From NCBI GenBank assembly GCA_045540255.1, contig JAZQGZ010000084.1, positions 14,042-78,041 on the forward strand: a stretch of DNA of 64,000 bases, read 5' to 3'. Positions 1 to 10,160 of this stretch are shown here, piece after piece. The position numbers were made by a program, and so were the translations under genes. How positions within the stretch are numbered: the first letter of the stretch is position 1; every line of letters begins with the position of its first letter. The stretch comes from Oscillospiraceae bacterium (lineage in GTDB: Bacteria > Bacillota > Clostridia > Oscillospirales > Ruminococcaceae). The notes under the pieces are model-generated. The model saw nothing but the letters and a program-made list of their open reading frames with translations, made no database searches and was not told the origin of the DNA.

Positions 1-260
1 TCAAAGAACTTTCCACCATATTCCATGATGGTATCTTTACCGACAACACCGATGTCACATACACCATGCTCAACATAAGTAATAACATCAGCGGCCTTTG
101 CAAGCACCACCTCGATATTCTCGCCCGGAATGGAAAGGATCAGGCGTCTGCCCTTATCACGAAGCTCGGAAACATCGTATCCGATCTTATCAAGGAGATC
201 GACGGTCTTATTTTCAAGTCTGCCCTTTGTAAGGGCTATTCGTACCTTTTTATTTTCCAT
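1..260 (-). CDS. hisG: ATP phosphoribosyltransferase HisG, N-terminal part (gene continues beyond window start)
   Basis: Own translation from ATG at 260-258: MENKKVRIALTKGRLENKTVDLLDKIGYDVSELRDKGRRLILSIPGENIEVVLAKAADVITYVEHGV..., a typical HisG N-terminus. It starts 4 nt after the hisZ stop. Confidence 0.75.
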   Translation of the reverse strand, partial: MENKKVRIALTKGRLENKTVDLLDKIGYDVSELRDKGRRLILSIPGENIEVVLAKAADVITYVEHGVCDIGVVGKDTIMEYGGKFF

Positions 261-263
261 CGC

Positions 264-1463
264 TTATATCTCCTTTGTAGTAACACTGCCATCAGCAGTA
301 ATTGTATCTATACGCCTTATGCCTCTGGACTTTGCATACCGTATTGCCTCATCCTCCGAAGAAAAAACAGAATTAAATACGGTATATCCGTCCTTGATAA
401 GCTTTGTACAATGCATAAGACCCTGCATCTCTGCACCACTTTCCGCAAAAATAAGTACATCCGCAGGGGCGGTGAGCGTGGTGTCATCGCCGAGCGACTT
501 AAGCAGCACCTTTGCAGCCGCCTCGACATTAACAGCAAATCCGACAGCAGGAATGTCCCTGCCGAAATCACCGATAAGGTTATCATAACGTCCGCCGGAA
601 AGCGCAGGCGAACCATAGCCCTCAACGTATCCACGGAAGATGATACCGGTGTAGTAGTTCTTTCTATGGACCAATCCCAGATCCACTCTGATCTCCTCAA
701 TACCGGAAGCACGGAGTGCATCATAAGTATCTCTCAGTGATGCGAGCTTTTTCTTTAACTCGTCTGTAATCATATACTTATCAGCAAGTGCGAAAACCTC
801 TTCGCCACCGAACAAAGTAGGAAGCGCACGCAACGCATCGGCTGCTGGTCCGCTGTACTTTGCAAGTGCGTCACTGAGTGCAGGATAATTCTTGGTTTCA
901 ATAAGCGCCTGTATGTTCTCGGATTCGTCTGAGCTTACACCAAGCTGTTCAACAAGAAGTCTGAATATACCGCTCTCACCTATCTCAAGTGTAAAGCTGT
1001 CTGTGCAGGCAGAAAGTGCCTGTACAGCAAGCACCAGTGCTTCAAGATCGGCTGCCTTCTTATTACCACCCAGAATTTCGATGCCGCTCTGTGCAAACTC
1101 ATCGTCACGACCACTGTTCTTGGGGTTTACCATAAAGATGCTCTGATTGTAGAAAAGCTTCAGCGGAAGCGGCTCTTCCTTTAATCTTGTAGCAGCAAGA
1201 CGTGCGATAGGCATCGTACTGTCAGGGCGAAGCACCATCATTCTGTTTTTGCCGTCCACAAGCTTGTACATACTCTCCTGCGGAAAGTAACGAACCTTGC
1301 CGTTGAAAACATCATAGAATTCAAGACCCGGGGTCACGACCTCGGAGTAACCGAAGCCGCTGAATATCTTTCTCAGGCGTTCCTCTATAATACGCTTAGC
1401 GATGCACTCATCAAAAAGCAGATCCCGTGTTCCCTCGGGAGTAAGTAAATCATATCTTTTCAA
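264..1463 (-). CDS. hisZ: ATP phosphoribosyltransferase regulatory subunit HisZ (HisRS paralogue)
   Basis: 399-aa ORF with a class II aaRS-like core (LLTPEGTRDLL, VLRPDSTMPIARL, FAQSGIEILGG). TTG start preceded by GAGAGGA. Lies directly upstream of hisG. Confidence 0.85.
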   Translation of the reverse strand: MKRYDLLTPEGTRDLLFDECIAKRIIEERLRKIFSGFGYSEVVTPGLEFYDVFNGKVRYFPQESMYKLVDGKNRMMVLRPDSTMPIARLAATRLKEEPLPLKLFYNQSIFMVNPKNSGRDDEFAQSGIEILGGNKKAADLEALVLAVQALSACTDSFTLEIGESGIFRLLVEQLGVSSDESENIQALIETKNYPALSDALAKYSGPAADALRALPTLFGGEEVFALADKYMITDELKKKLASLRDTYDALRASGIEEIRVDLGLVHRKNYYTGIIFRGYVEGYGSPALSGGRYDNLIGDFGRDIPAVGFAVNVEAAAKVLLKSLGDDTTLTAPADVLIFAESGAEMQGLMHCTKLIKDGYTVFNSVFSSEDEAIRYAKSRGIRRIDTITADGSVTTKEI

Positions 1464-1516
1464 TTTTAGTCGTCCTCTCGATTATTTTATACACTTTAGT
1501 GTAGTAGCATATTACT

Positions 1517-1545
1517 ATATTACCACGATATATCGTATATGTCAA
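1517..1545 (-). promoter_or_regulatory. sigmaA-type promoter for hisZ-hisG
   Basis: Read on the minus strand: -35 TTGACA (1545-1540), 17-nt spacer, -10 TAATAT (1522-1517), about 50 nt upstream of the hisZ start. Confidence 0.4.
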
Positions 1546-1602
1546 TAGCAACAGTATTTTTTGTAATAATGCACAGCAGTTTTCAACATAGAAAATACAC
1601 AA

Positions 1603-4600
1603 TTAGAACAAAGACATCTGGGCAGACTGGGGTATATCCTTAAATACGCCCATTTCTGTGAGTTTTTCCATAACAGTGCTGTTAAGACCACTCTGCTTCT
1701 GGATATCGTCAACACATATATAATCGCCCTTGTCTATAACTTCCTTAAGTCTGTATGCAGCATTTTCGCCGCAACCCTGTATCGCAAGGAACGGAAGTCT
1801 TAGCTTTCCATCCTCGACCTTATAAGTAGCAGCTCCTGATTTATGTACGTCAACAGGAAGCACACCTATTCCACGCAGCATCATCTCGTTTACAAGCTGT
1901 AACGCTTCATAAGTACCCTTATCCTTACCCTCAAGCTTAGGCATCGAAGCAAGCTCCTTGAGTCTTGTCCTTACAGCAGCACCACCCTTGAGTATCGTAT
2001 CAACATCAAGGTTTTCAGTGTGCTTTGTAAGAGTAGCTGCATAGAACTCACACGGCTTGTTGATCTTGAACCAGCAAAGCTTTACAGCGGCGGTAACGTA
2101 AGCCGCAGCGTGCGCTTTAGGGAACATATATTTGATTTTCTTACAGCTCTCAACATACCATTCGGGGACATTATTGTCCTTGAACGCCTGATAGATCTCG
2201 TCGTTGAACAGCTTCATGGCATTACCCTTACGGGTTATCTCCATTATCTTGAATGCAAGACCGGGTTCAACGCCCTTGTGCATCAGATATACCATGATGT
2301 TGTCACGGGTACCGATTACTTCCGAAATCGTACAGGTTCCGTTTTTGATAAGATCCTGCGCATTTCCAAGCCATACGTCAGTACCGTGAGAAAGTCCCGA
2401 GATCTGAAGCAGGTCGGAGAAGTTTTTCGGCTGAGCATCCTGAAGCATCTGCATAGCAAAAGGAGTACCGAACTCAGGGATGCCAAGCGTACCGCATGGA
2501 ACTCCCAGATCCTCTGCCGTTATATTGAGCGGCTCAACTGAAACGAAGAGATCATATATATTTCGGTCGGTGGTCGAAACATCGGCGATCTTCATTCCTG
2601 TCATATCCTCAAGATGCTTGTAAAGCGTAGGCACATCGTGTCCAAGCTCGTCCAGCTTGAGGATAGTGTCATGAAGCGCATGGAAGTCGAAGTGAGTCGT
2701 TATCATGTCGCTTTCGGTCTTATCAGCAGGATGCTGGACCGCAGTGAAGTCGTATACCTCATACTCGTTCGGTACAACTACCATTCCGCCAGGGTGCTGT
2801 GATGTGGTGCGCTTAACGCCCGTACATCCGACAGACAAACGCTCCATCTCAGCATTATTAAAGGTGATTCCGCGTTCCTCGCAATACTTCTTTACAAAAC
2901 CGAATGCAGTCTTATCCTGCACAGCGGAGATCGTTCCTGCCTTGAACACATGGTCCTTACCGAACAATTCTTCGGTGTAACGATGAACCTTGCCTTGTAC
3001 TTCGCCTGAGAAGTTAAGATCAATATCAGGCGCCTTGTCGCCCTTGAAGCCAAGGAATGTTTCAAACGGGATATCATGACCGTCACGGATCATATCAATA
3101 TCGCAGTGGGGGCAACTCTTGGGCGGCAGGTCAAAGCCTGAGCCAACAGAGCCATCGGTTACGAACTCATTGTAGCGGCACTTTGGACAACGATAATGCG
3201 GAGCAAGCGGATTTACCTCTGAAATACCCGACATTATCGCAACAAACGATGAACCGACCGAGCCTCTTGAACCAACAAGGTAACCGTTATCCTCGGAATA
3301 TTTTACAAGCTTCTGTGCGATCATGTAAAGTACAGAGAAGCCGTACTTGATGATAGCGTCAAGCTCTTTTTTAAGACGTGCAGATACGATCTCAGGGATC
3401 TCGTCATTGTAGCCGTACCAGTTCATGGCACGAGTCCAGCAGAGATCCTGAAGCTCCTGCTCAGCACCTTCGATAGAAGGTGTATATGTACCCTTAGGAA
3501 TAGGACGTATATCCTCGTCGACCATATCAGCTATCATGTTCGTGTTCTTGATAACAACTTCATAAGCCTTGTCCTTGCCGAGATACTCAAATTCAGCAAG
3601 CATCTCATCCGTTGTTCTGAAGAACAGAGGTGCCTGATTGTCAGCGTCCTTATAGCCCTGCCCCGCCTGTAAAATGGTCCTGAATACCGAATCCTCGGCG
3701 TTTTTGAAATGCACGTCACAGGTTGCTACAACAGGCTTATTCAGCTTCTCGCCGAGAGCAACGATCTTGCGGTTAAGATCACGCAGACCCTCATCATCAG
3801 GCACTATGCCCTCTCGTACAAGGAATTCGTTGTTTCCGACAGGCTGGATCTCGAGATAATCGTAGATGTCAGCGAGTTCTTCGATATAGCTGTCAGGCTT
3901 TCCGTCAAGTATTGCACGGAAAAGCTCTCCCGCTTCGCAGGCACTGCCTATGATAAGTCCCTCACGGTGCTTTTTGAGCTCTGACAGCGGAACTCGGGGC
4001 TTTTTATAAAAATAATTAAGGTTTGAGAACGAAACAAGCTTGTACAGATTTTTAAGTCCTGCCTTGTTCTTGACCAGTATTATCATGTGGTAAGTGGGAA
4101 GCTTCTTGACATCCACGTTGCCAAGTATACTGTTAAGATCTCCGAGCTTTTCAAGCTGTCTGCCCTTGCCTGCATCGGCAATAAGGCGCTGGAATATCTT
4201 TGTCAGCATCTTTGCGTCGTCAATTGCACGGTGATGGTTGAATTCGCCGAGCTTGTATTCCTTTGCAACCACATCAAGCTTGTGCTTTTTGAGATGCGGA
4301 AGTGCCGCGCGGCACAGCGCAAGTGTGTCAACATAACGAATGTTGTAGTCTATTCCCTGACGCTCACAGGCAATACGGATAAAGCCTGTATCAAAATCGG
4401 CATTATGTGCAACAAGAACAGCGTTTCCGGCAAATCTGATGAAAGCTTCAAGCGCATCCTTTTCATGGGGCGCATTCTCCACCATCTCGTCGGTTATTCC
4501 CGTGATCTCAGTGATATTTGCAGGGATCTGCTTTTCAGGGTTTACAAAGGTCTGGAACTCCTCGACTATCTCCATGCCACGAAGCTTTACAGCGCCGATC

Positions 4601-5958
4601 TCTGTGATACGCTCTGTTTCCTTACCAAGGCCTGTGGTCTCGATGTCGAAAACAACAATATCATCGTTGACGCCATGCTCTGTGCATCCCGAAACGAGCG
4701 CACCGCTGTCGTTGACAAAATACGCCTCCATGCCGTAGATGACCTTTATCTCGCCACCGTCCTTGCGTATCTTTTCAACGGTATTCATAGCCTCAGGGTA
4801 AGCCTGTACGTTGCCGTGGTCGGTTATTGCAACAGCCTTGTGTCCCCATGCAAAAGCCTGCTTCACAAGGTCGCCTGCAGGGGTAAGTGCGTCCATATCT
4901 GACATATTGGTATGCATGTGAAGCTCCACACGCTTTTCCTCGGCGTTGTCCTTCTTCTGCTTCAGCTTGATGCTCGCAATGGAATAAGGACGGATATTAA
5001 GAGTCTTTGCAAAAGTGTCAAACTCAAATTTACCTGTAAGTATTATCGCCTTGCCCGACTTAATATTGTTTTTAATGACATCAGCATTCTCGGTAGGAGT
5101 GATAATCTTGATTATCTCAGAGGAAGTCTTGTCCGAAAAATACGCCGTAAAAATGAACGTATTACCATCACGTGAGGTCTTTTCATCGGTCTTGAACACC
5201 TCGCCCCATAGAGTGACCTCGTCGCCCTCGTTAAATGTTTCAGCCATGCGCAGTGGCTCCTCGGAGATACCCTTACCATAGAAAAGCATCGCCTTACTGT
5301 CAAACTTATCAGACTCAAAAGGCAGAAGGATCTCCTTCTCCTCCTTTAAAACAGAAGGACGTCTGCCATTTCCACCGCTTCTGGGTGCACTGTTATTACC
5401 TCCTGCATATTTGTTCTCTCCTGCTGCGGGAGGTGGAGTGAGCGAAATAACAGGAAGCGGAACAGACTGTTCCTCAATAAGGACCTGTTCAATGTCAAGC
5501 TCTGCCGTACCTGTGAAAACAACAGTGATATTCACACCGAAAAAGCCGCGGACATATTTCTCGATCTTCTTATCGATCTCCATTCCAAGCAGTATATCTC
5601 TGCCGCCACGCTTGAGAGAAATCTCGTATGTACTTCCGTCATCAGTTATCTCAATATCATCAAGATATCCGTTTATAGAAGCAAACTGATTCTTCAGTAA
5701 TGATATTACCTCAGGAATATAATCTGCATTAAAAAGCGAGCTGTGATATTTAGGGAAAACAAGAACATCTACTCCAAGAGTTTCTGATAATTGAGCGCCC
5801 ATACCGATAAGATCCTCCGCGCTGACGGTATCATCAAGCTCAAGATTGATCTTCATCTCACTCTTGGTTTCAGAGAAAACTATCTTAAGTACCCTTCCGT
5901 CTGCAACAGAGGGAGCAAGATTGAGTTTATCAAACAGTTCACTTATTTTCGCAGACAT
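1603..5958 (-). CDS. polC: DNA polymerase III alpha subunit, PolC type
   Basis: 1451 aa. PHP motif HMHTNMSDMDA, 3'-5' exonuclease motifs VVFDIETTGL and HNADFD, Zn finger CPKCRY...CPHCD. Size and architecture match Gram-positive PolC. Confidence 0.97.
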   Translation of the reverse strand: MSAKISELFDKLNLAPSVADGRVLKIVFSETKSEMKINLELDDTVSAEDLIGMGAQLSETLGVDVLVFPKYHSSLFNADYIPEVISLLKNQFASINGYLDDIEITDDGSTYEISLKRGGRDILLGMEIDKKIEKYVRGFFGVNITVVFTGTAELDIEQVLIEEQSVPLPVISLTPPPAAGENKYAGGNNSAPRSGGNGRRPSVLKEEKEILLPFESDKFDSKAMLFYGKGISEEPLRMAETFNEGDEVTLWGEVFKTDEKTSRDGNTFIFTAYFSDKTSSEIIKIITPTENADVIKNNIKSGKAIILTGKFEFDTFAKTLNIRPYSIASIKLKQKKDNAEEKRVELHMHTNMSDMDALTPAGDLVKQAFAWGHKAVAITDHGNVQAYPEAMNTVEKIRKDGGEIKVIYGMEAYFVNDSGALVSGCTEHGVNDDIVVFDIETTGLGKETERITEIGAVKLRGMEIVEEFQTFVNPEKQIPANITEITGITDEMVENAPHEKDALEAFIRFAGNAVLVAHNADFDTGFIRIACERQGIDYNIRYVDTLALCRAALPHLKKHKLDVVAKEYKLGEFNHHRAIDDAKMLTKIFQRLIADAGKGRQLEKLGDLNSILGNVDVKKLPTYHMIILVKNKAGLKNLYKLVSFSNLNYFYKKPRVPLSELKKHREGLIIGSACEAGELFRAILDGKPDSYIEELADIYDYLEIQPVGNNEFLVREGIVPDDEGLRDLNRKIVALGEKLNKPVVATCDVHFKNAEDSVFRTILQAGQGYKDADNQAPLFFRTTDEMLAEFEYLGKDKAYEVVIKNTNMIADMVDEDIRPIPKGTYTPSIEGAEQELQDLCWTRAMNWYGYNDEIPEIVSARLKKELDAIIKYGFSVLYMIAQKLVKYSEDNGYLVGSRGSVGSSFVAIMSGISEVNPLAPHYRCPKCRYNEFVTDGSVGSGFDLPPKSCPHCDIDMIRDGHDIPFETFLGFKGDKAPDIDLNFSGEVQGKVHRYTEELFGKDHVFKAGTISAVQDKTAFGFVKKYCEERGITFNNAEMERLSVGCTGVKRTTSQHPGGMVVVPNEYEVYDFTAVQHPADKTESDMITTHFDFHALHDTILKLDELGHDVPTLYKHLEDMTGMKIADVSTTDRNIYDLFVSVEPLNITAEDLGVPCGTLGIPEFGTPFAMQMLQDAQPKNFSDLLQISGLSHGTDVWLGNAQDLIKNGTCTISEVIGTRDNIMVYLMHKGVEPGLAFKIMEITRKGNAMKLFNDEIYQAFKDNNVPEWYVESCKKIKYMFPKAHAAAYVTAAVKLCWFKINKPCEFYAATLTKHTENLDVDTILKGGAAVRTRLKELASMPKLEGKDKGTYEALQLVNEMMLRGIGVLPVDVHKSGAATYKVEDGKLRLPFLAIQGCGENAAYRLKEVIDKGDYICVDDIQKQSGLNSTVMEKLTEMGVFKDIPQSAQMSLF

Positions 5959-5978
5959 TTATAACTTCCTTCCAAATT

Positions 5979-7013
5979 TTAAAGTAATTCTATTTCCTTC
6001 ATAAGCTCCGATAAAAGCATATTCTCAGGGACTTTTCGCAGTATCTCGCCCTTCTTGAAAATAAGGCCCTCACCATCGCCGCCTGCTATTCCGAGATCCG
6101 CTTCACGAGCCTCACCCGGTCCGTTTACAGCACAACCCATTACAGCAACCTTGATATTCTTATCAATGCTGCGACACATATCCTCGACCTGCTGAGCAAG
6201 ACCGATAAGATCGATCTTTGTTCTTCCGCATGTCGGACAGGATACGATCTCGACCCCGCCGCCAATGCCGCACGCTTTAAGGATGTCTTTGGCAGCATAT
6301 ATCTCACGGATAGGATCGGCAGTAAGCGACACACGGATGGTATCACCTATTCCATCGCAAAGAAGCGAGCCAATACCCACGGCAGATTTAAGCATACCCA
6401 TGCGCTCTGTTCCAGCTTCGGTCACGCCAAGATGAAGCGGGTATTCGTATTTTTCAGCAAAAAGTCTGTAAGCGGCGATCATCAGCTTTACATCTGACGA
6501 TTTGATACTTACTACTATATCATCAAAATCATATCTGTTGAGTAGCTCTATATGACGCTCTGCACTCTCTACAAGTGCCTCGGCGGTAGGGCTTCCATAC
6601 TTCTGGAGCAGTTCCTTCTCAAGCGAGCCGCTATTCACACCGATACGGATCGGAACCGCGTGTGTTCGGCAAGCGTCAGCGACTGCTTTCACCTTATCGG
6701 CTGAACCTATATTTCCAGGGTTTATCCTTATCTTGTCAACTCCTGCTTCAACAGCGGCAAGTGCTATCCTGTGGTCGAAATGGATATCCGCCACGAGAGG
6801 AATTGCAACTTCGGATTTTATAGCAGGAATAAGACGCACGTCATCAAGGGTCGGTATTGCGGCACGTACTATATCGCATCCTGCCTTTTCGAGCGCCGAA
6901 GCCTGCGTCAGACTTCCTATAATGTCATTTGCAGGCACATTCAGCATGGACTGGATGTAGATCTTATCCGTTCCAAGTTCTATATTGCCAAGCTTTACTG
7001 TCTTTTTACTCAA
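5979..7013 (-). CDS. ispG: 4-hydroxy-3-methylbut-2-en-1-yl diphosphate synthase (GcpE)
   Basis: 344 aa. Fe-S cysteine motifs SCPTCGRT and GCAVNGPGE. Sits in the conserved dxr-rseP-ispG-polC neighbourhood. Confidence 0.95.
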   Translation of the reverse strand: MSKKTVKLGNIELGTDKIYIQSMLNVPANDIIGSLTQASALEKAGCDIVRAAIPTLDDVRLIPAIKSEVAIPLVADIHFDHRIALAAVEAGVDKIRINPGNIGSADKVKAVADACRTHAVPIRIGVNSGSLEKELLQKYGSPTAEALVESAERHIELLNRYDFDDIVVSIKSSDVKLMIAAYRLFAEKYEYPLHLGVTEAGTERMGMLKSAVGIGSLLCDGIGDTIRVSLTADPIREIYAAKDILKACGIGGGVEIVSCPTCGRTKIDLIGLAQQVEDMCRSIDKNIKVAVMGCAVNGPGEAREADLGIAGGDGEGLIFKKGEILRKVPENMLLSELMKEIELL

Positions 7014-7014
7014 A

Positions 7015-8064
7015 TTAACCTCCCGGTGTCACCAGTCGAACAACATCGTTAACGGTAACGACCAACATTAAAATCATTAAAAGCGCAAAACCGATGAAGT
7101 GTACCATTCCCTCGGTCTCGGGCTTAAGGGGCTTACGACGGATCGCTTCAATAATGAGAAACAAAAAACGGCAACCGTCAAGCGCAGGGATTGGGAGCAG
7201 ATTGAATACTCCAACATTGATTGTAATAAGTGATACTATGCCGAAGAAAACGGACCAGTCATAAGAAACACTCTGTGTAACTACCTGTACTACACCGACA
7301 GGACCCGAAAGATCATTAAGCCCATACTTTCCTGTAATCAGATCTATTAATGAAATGATTATCAGCCTGGCTGTGGAAAGAAACTCTCTTCCGCTTTCGT
7401 CCAACACTGTAAAGAATGTCTTTTCAACGGGATACACAGTAAAATCAAAATAAATCGAGTTGCTTCCATCCTCATGGGAAGTAGTGGTGAACTCTACATC
7501 ATCAAGCTGAATTGTCTGTCCATCTCTTACAACGGTAATATCAAAGGTTATGTTGCCGTCAGTATTCTTCGCACCACCGTTCTGGAGCTTATATACTATA
7601 TCACTGGAAGTAAATACGGGCAATCCATCAATCGCGCTTATCTCATCATTTACCATAAGCTGTGAGCTGCTGACAGCATTATCACGGAATGTGCTTACGG
7701 TAGTTGAGGCGATAGGACTGCTTGAAATACTGATGGATATAAGCACAACGATAAATCCAAGCACTAAATTCATGAAAGCGCCTGCAAGGATCACTATCAT
7801 ACGCTGCCATACAGGCTTACGATTAAAAGCACGAGGATTATCACTATTACTGTCCTCGCCTTCCATAGAGACAGAACCTCCGATGGGAAGCAAACGTATT
7901 ACGTATGAGGTCTCCTTTCCCTGCTTTCGCAGTATAACGGGACCCATACCAATAGCAAACTCGTTGACCTGTATTTTGCAGAGCTTTGCAGCAGTGAAAT
8001 GCCCAAGCTCATGAATTACAATGATAACACAGAAAGCAAGTATTGCAATAACAATCTCCATCAA
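7015..8064 (-). CDS. rseP: RIP zinc metalloprotease RseP/RasP (M50 family)
   Basis: 349 aa. HELGH near the N-terminus, central PDZ-like region, NLLPIPALDG motif, several TM segments. Confidence 0.9.
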   Translation of the reverse strand: MMEIVIAILAFCVIIVIHELGHFTAAKLCKIQVNEFAIGMGPVILRKQGKETSYVIRLLPIGGSVSMEGEDSNSDNPRAFNRKPVWQRMIVILAGAFMNLVLGFIVVLISISISSSPIASTTVSTFRDNAVSSSQLMVNDEISAIDGLPVFTSSDIVYKLQNGGAKNTDGNITFDITVVRDGQTIQLDDVEFTTTSHEDGSNSIYFDFTVYPVEKTFFTVLDESGREFLSTARLIIISLIDLITGKYGLNDLSGPVGVVQVVTQSVSYDWSVFFGIVSLITINVGVFNLLPIPALDGCRFLFLIIEAIRRKPLKPETEGMVHFIGFALLMILMLVVTVNDVVRLVTPGG

Positions 8065-9206
8065 AGACCTCCGAATTTTGTGCGGACATACTGTTCCGCT
8101 GCTTTTTGAGTAGACATGATATCGTCAAGCGTAGGCTCAGCAATAAACGAAACATCCTCAAGAGCAGAACACACTGCTTCACCAATATCAAGAAAACGTA
8201 TCTTATCAGCAAGGAACAAGGCAACCGCTGCCTCATTGGCACTATTAACAATACAAGGTGCATTACCATCCATCGATATTGCCTTCTTTGCTGCTGCAAG
8301 GCAGACAAAGGTTTCCTCATCTGCCTTGTCAAACGTAAGGGCGGCAATATCAAACAAAGAAAATGGCTTTGCAGGACAAGACATACGACGAGGATATGTC
8401 AGAGCAAGCTGGATCGGTATACGCATATCAGCAGACCCGAGCTGAGCGATGACCGCCCCATCCTCAAACTGCACTGCAGAGTGAATAATACTCTGACGGT
8501 GAACAACAATCTCGATCTGTTCGGGCCTTACATCAAACAAACGAACCGCTTCAATAAGCTCAAGTCCCTTATTCATAAGGGTAGCACTGTCAATAGTTAT
8601 CTTGGCACCCATCGACCAGTTGGGATGCTTCAATGCCTGCTCGCGGGTCACATTTGCAAGATCATCACGTGTCCTTCCGAAAAAAGGACCTCCCGATGCA
8701 GTAAGCAAGATCTTTTCAAGCTTGTTGCCCTGGGCTCCAAGCAGACACTGAAAGATGGCAGAGTGTTCACTATCAATCGGAAGCAACGTTGCACCGTACT
8801 GCTTTATGCAATCGGTAACAAGCGAACCGCCTGCTACAAGCGTTTCCTTGTTGGCAAGTGCAATAGTTCTTCCTGCTTTTGCAGCAGCCAGTGTAGGCAG
8901 AAGACCTACCATACCTACTACCGAATTAACAACAGTGTCACAAGGAAGCTGTGCAAGCTCACACAGACCATCCATACCGCAAAGAATTTTTATATCAGTA
9001 TCAGAAAGCCTGGAAGATACGTCTTTATAACAATTTTCATCAAAAACACAGACATACTCAGGGTTGAACTCCCTTGCCTGCTCCTCCAGCTTTGCAGCCG
9101 ATGATTTTACAGCAAGCGCTTTGACTTTCATACCATGCGCACGGCAGACATCAAGTGTCTGCTCACCTATTGAACCCGTTGAACCTAAAACTACAATTTC
9201 TTTCAT
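8061..9206 (-). CDS. dxr: 1-deoxy-D-xylulose 5-phosphate reductoisomerase
   Basis: Motifs LGSTGSIG, ANKETLV, DSEHSAIFQC. I chose the ATG at 9206 (MKEIVVLGSTG) rather than the ORF-track start at 9233. Confidence 0.95.
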   Translation of the reverse strand: MKEIVVLGSTGSIGEQTLDVCRAHGMKVKALAVKSSAAKLEEQAREFNPEYVCVFDENCYKDVSSRLSDTDIKILCGMDGLCELAQLPCDTVVNSVVGMVGLLPTLAAAKAGRTIALANKETLVAGGSLVTDCIKQYGATLLPIDSEHSAIFQCLLGAQGNKLEKILLTASGGPFFGRTRDDLANVTREQALKHPNWSMGAKITIDSATLMNKGLELIEAVRLFDVRPEQIEIVVHRQSIIHSAVQFEDGAVIAQLGSADMRIPIQLALTYPRRMSCPAKPFSLFDIAALTFDKADEETFVCLAAAKKAISMDGNAPCIVNSANEAAVALFLADKIRFLDIGEAVCSALEDVSFIAEPTLDDIMSTQKAAEQYVRTKFGGL

Positions 9207-9228
9207 AACTCTCTCTTTAACAAAACCA

Positions 9229-9250
9229 CCCATTCACAAAAGTGAATGGG
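9229..9250 (-). terminator. Intra-cluster hairpin between cdsA and dxr (possible partial terminator or attenuator)
   Basis: 9-bp perfect stem CCCATTCAC/GTGAATGGG with a 4-nt loop. On the minus strand it is followed by TGGTTTTGTT. Confidence 0.35.
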
Positions 9251-9308
9251 CAGAGGCCGACCCAAAGCAAATCCTTGTGCAATAACAAGATAAGCATATG
9301 CACAAAAA

Positions 9309-10145
9309 TTATGCAACAATGGGACTAAAATACTGAAAAACGATGTAAACAAACGGTGCCACAAACAGAACGCTGTCGAAACGATCAAGTACACCACCGT
9401 GTCCCGGTAACAGATTTCCGAAGTCCTTAACGCCAAATTCGCGCTTTATAACGGAAGCGGAAAGATCTCCTAATACGCCGAGCATTGATGCAACCATTCC
9501 AATTACCACAACTACAAGATAATCGATCTGCTTATCGCCGAAAATGAACAGATTGAACACAAGGCTTTCAAGGAAAACAAACACACCAACGGTAATAACA
9601 CCGCCTATAAAACCCTCGACCGTCTTTTTCGGGCTGACCTTAGGGCAAAGTTTATGTTTTCCAAGAAAAGTTCCGACAAAATAGGCACCGGAATCACCAA
9701 ACCATGCACAAAACAGCAGATATACGATAAGGAAAACTCCCATCGCCTGGTCATCAGCAGCAGAAGTGTATCTGAAAAGCACAATGCAGCTAAGCGAAGC
9801 AGGTATCAGAAGTGCAGCAGCTCCACACATGGCGATATGCTCGAACTTAATACGCTCGTGCTTTGCAAGCATGATACCAAAAAGCGAGATAATAACCGCC
9901 GCAAAAAGCGGAAGCATGAAGCCTTTGAGCTTAAATATCAGCACAAAGGGTTCAGCAGCCGAGACGATAAGGCCCATGGCAGTCAGCAGCTTAAACTCAT
10001 TACACTTAACAGTCTTGACTAGCTCCCAGGTACCAACAGCACTGAAGAAAGAGACAACAACAGCGTAGACCCATATATTGTCGATCACTATAAAACTGAC
10101 GCCAACGATTATTCCGATAAACGCTGTCAGTATTCTCTTTGCCAT
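9309..10145 (-). CDS. cdsA: Phosphatidate cytidylyltransferase
   Basis: 278-aa polytopic membrane protein with the CdsA signature SVIKREFGVKDFGNLLPGHGGVLDRFDS. Confidence 0.9.
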   Translation of the reverse strand: MAKRILTAFIGIIVGVSFIVIDNIWVYAVVVSFFSAVGTWELVKTVKCNEFKLLTAMGLIVSAAEPFVLIFKLKGFMLPLFAAVIISLFGIMLAKHERIKFEHIAMCGAAALLIPASLSCIVLFRYTSAADDQAMGVFLIVYLLFCAWFGDSGAYFVGTFLGKHKLCPKVSPKKTVEGFIGGVITVGVFVFLESLVFNLFIFGDKQIDYLVVVVIGMVASMLGVLGDLSASVIKREFGVKDFGNLLPGHGGVLDRFDSVLFVAPFVYIVFQYFSPIVA

Positions 10146-10160
10146 AACAGATCCTTCCTC

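Noticed and set aside
1464-1602. Possible His T-box or leader upstream of hisZ
   Set aside because: The leader is about 50 nt and AT-rich with only a tiny hairpin, so it is too short for a T-box.
4087-4902. 271-aa plus-strand ORF inside polC. The same reasoning applies to 2020-2541, 11491-12207, 21705-22487, 16220-16747, 37268-37681 and the other internal ORFs in the track.
   Set aside because: All lie inside, and mostly antisense to, confidently identified genes. None has independent support.
8106-9104. 332-aa plus-strand ORF (with the nested ORFs at 8116-8445 and 8755-9030)
   Set aside because: It is antisense to dxr. It has no RBS, and its basic low-complexity translation marks it as a shadow ORF.
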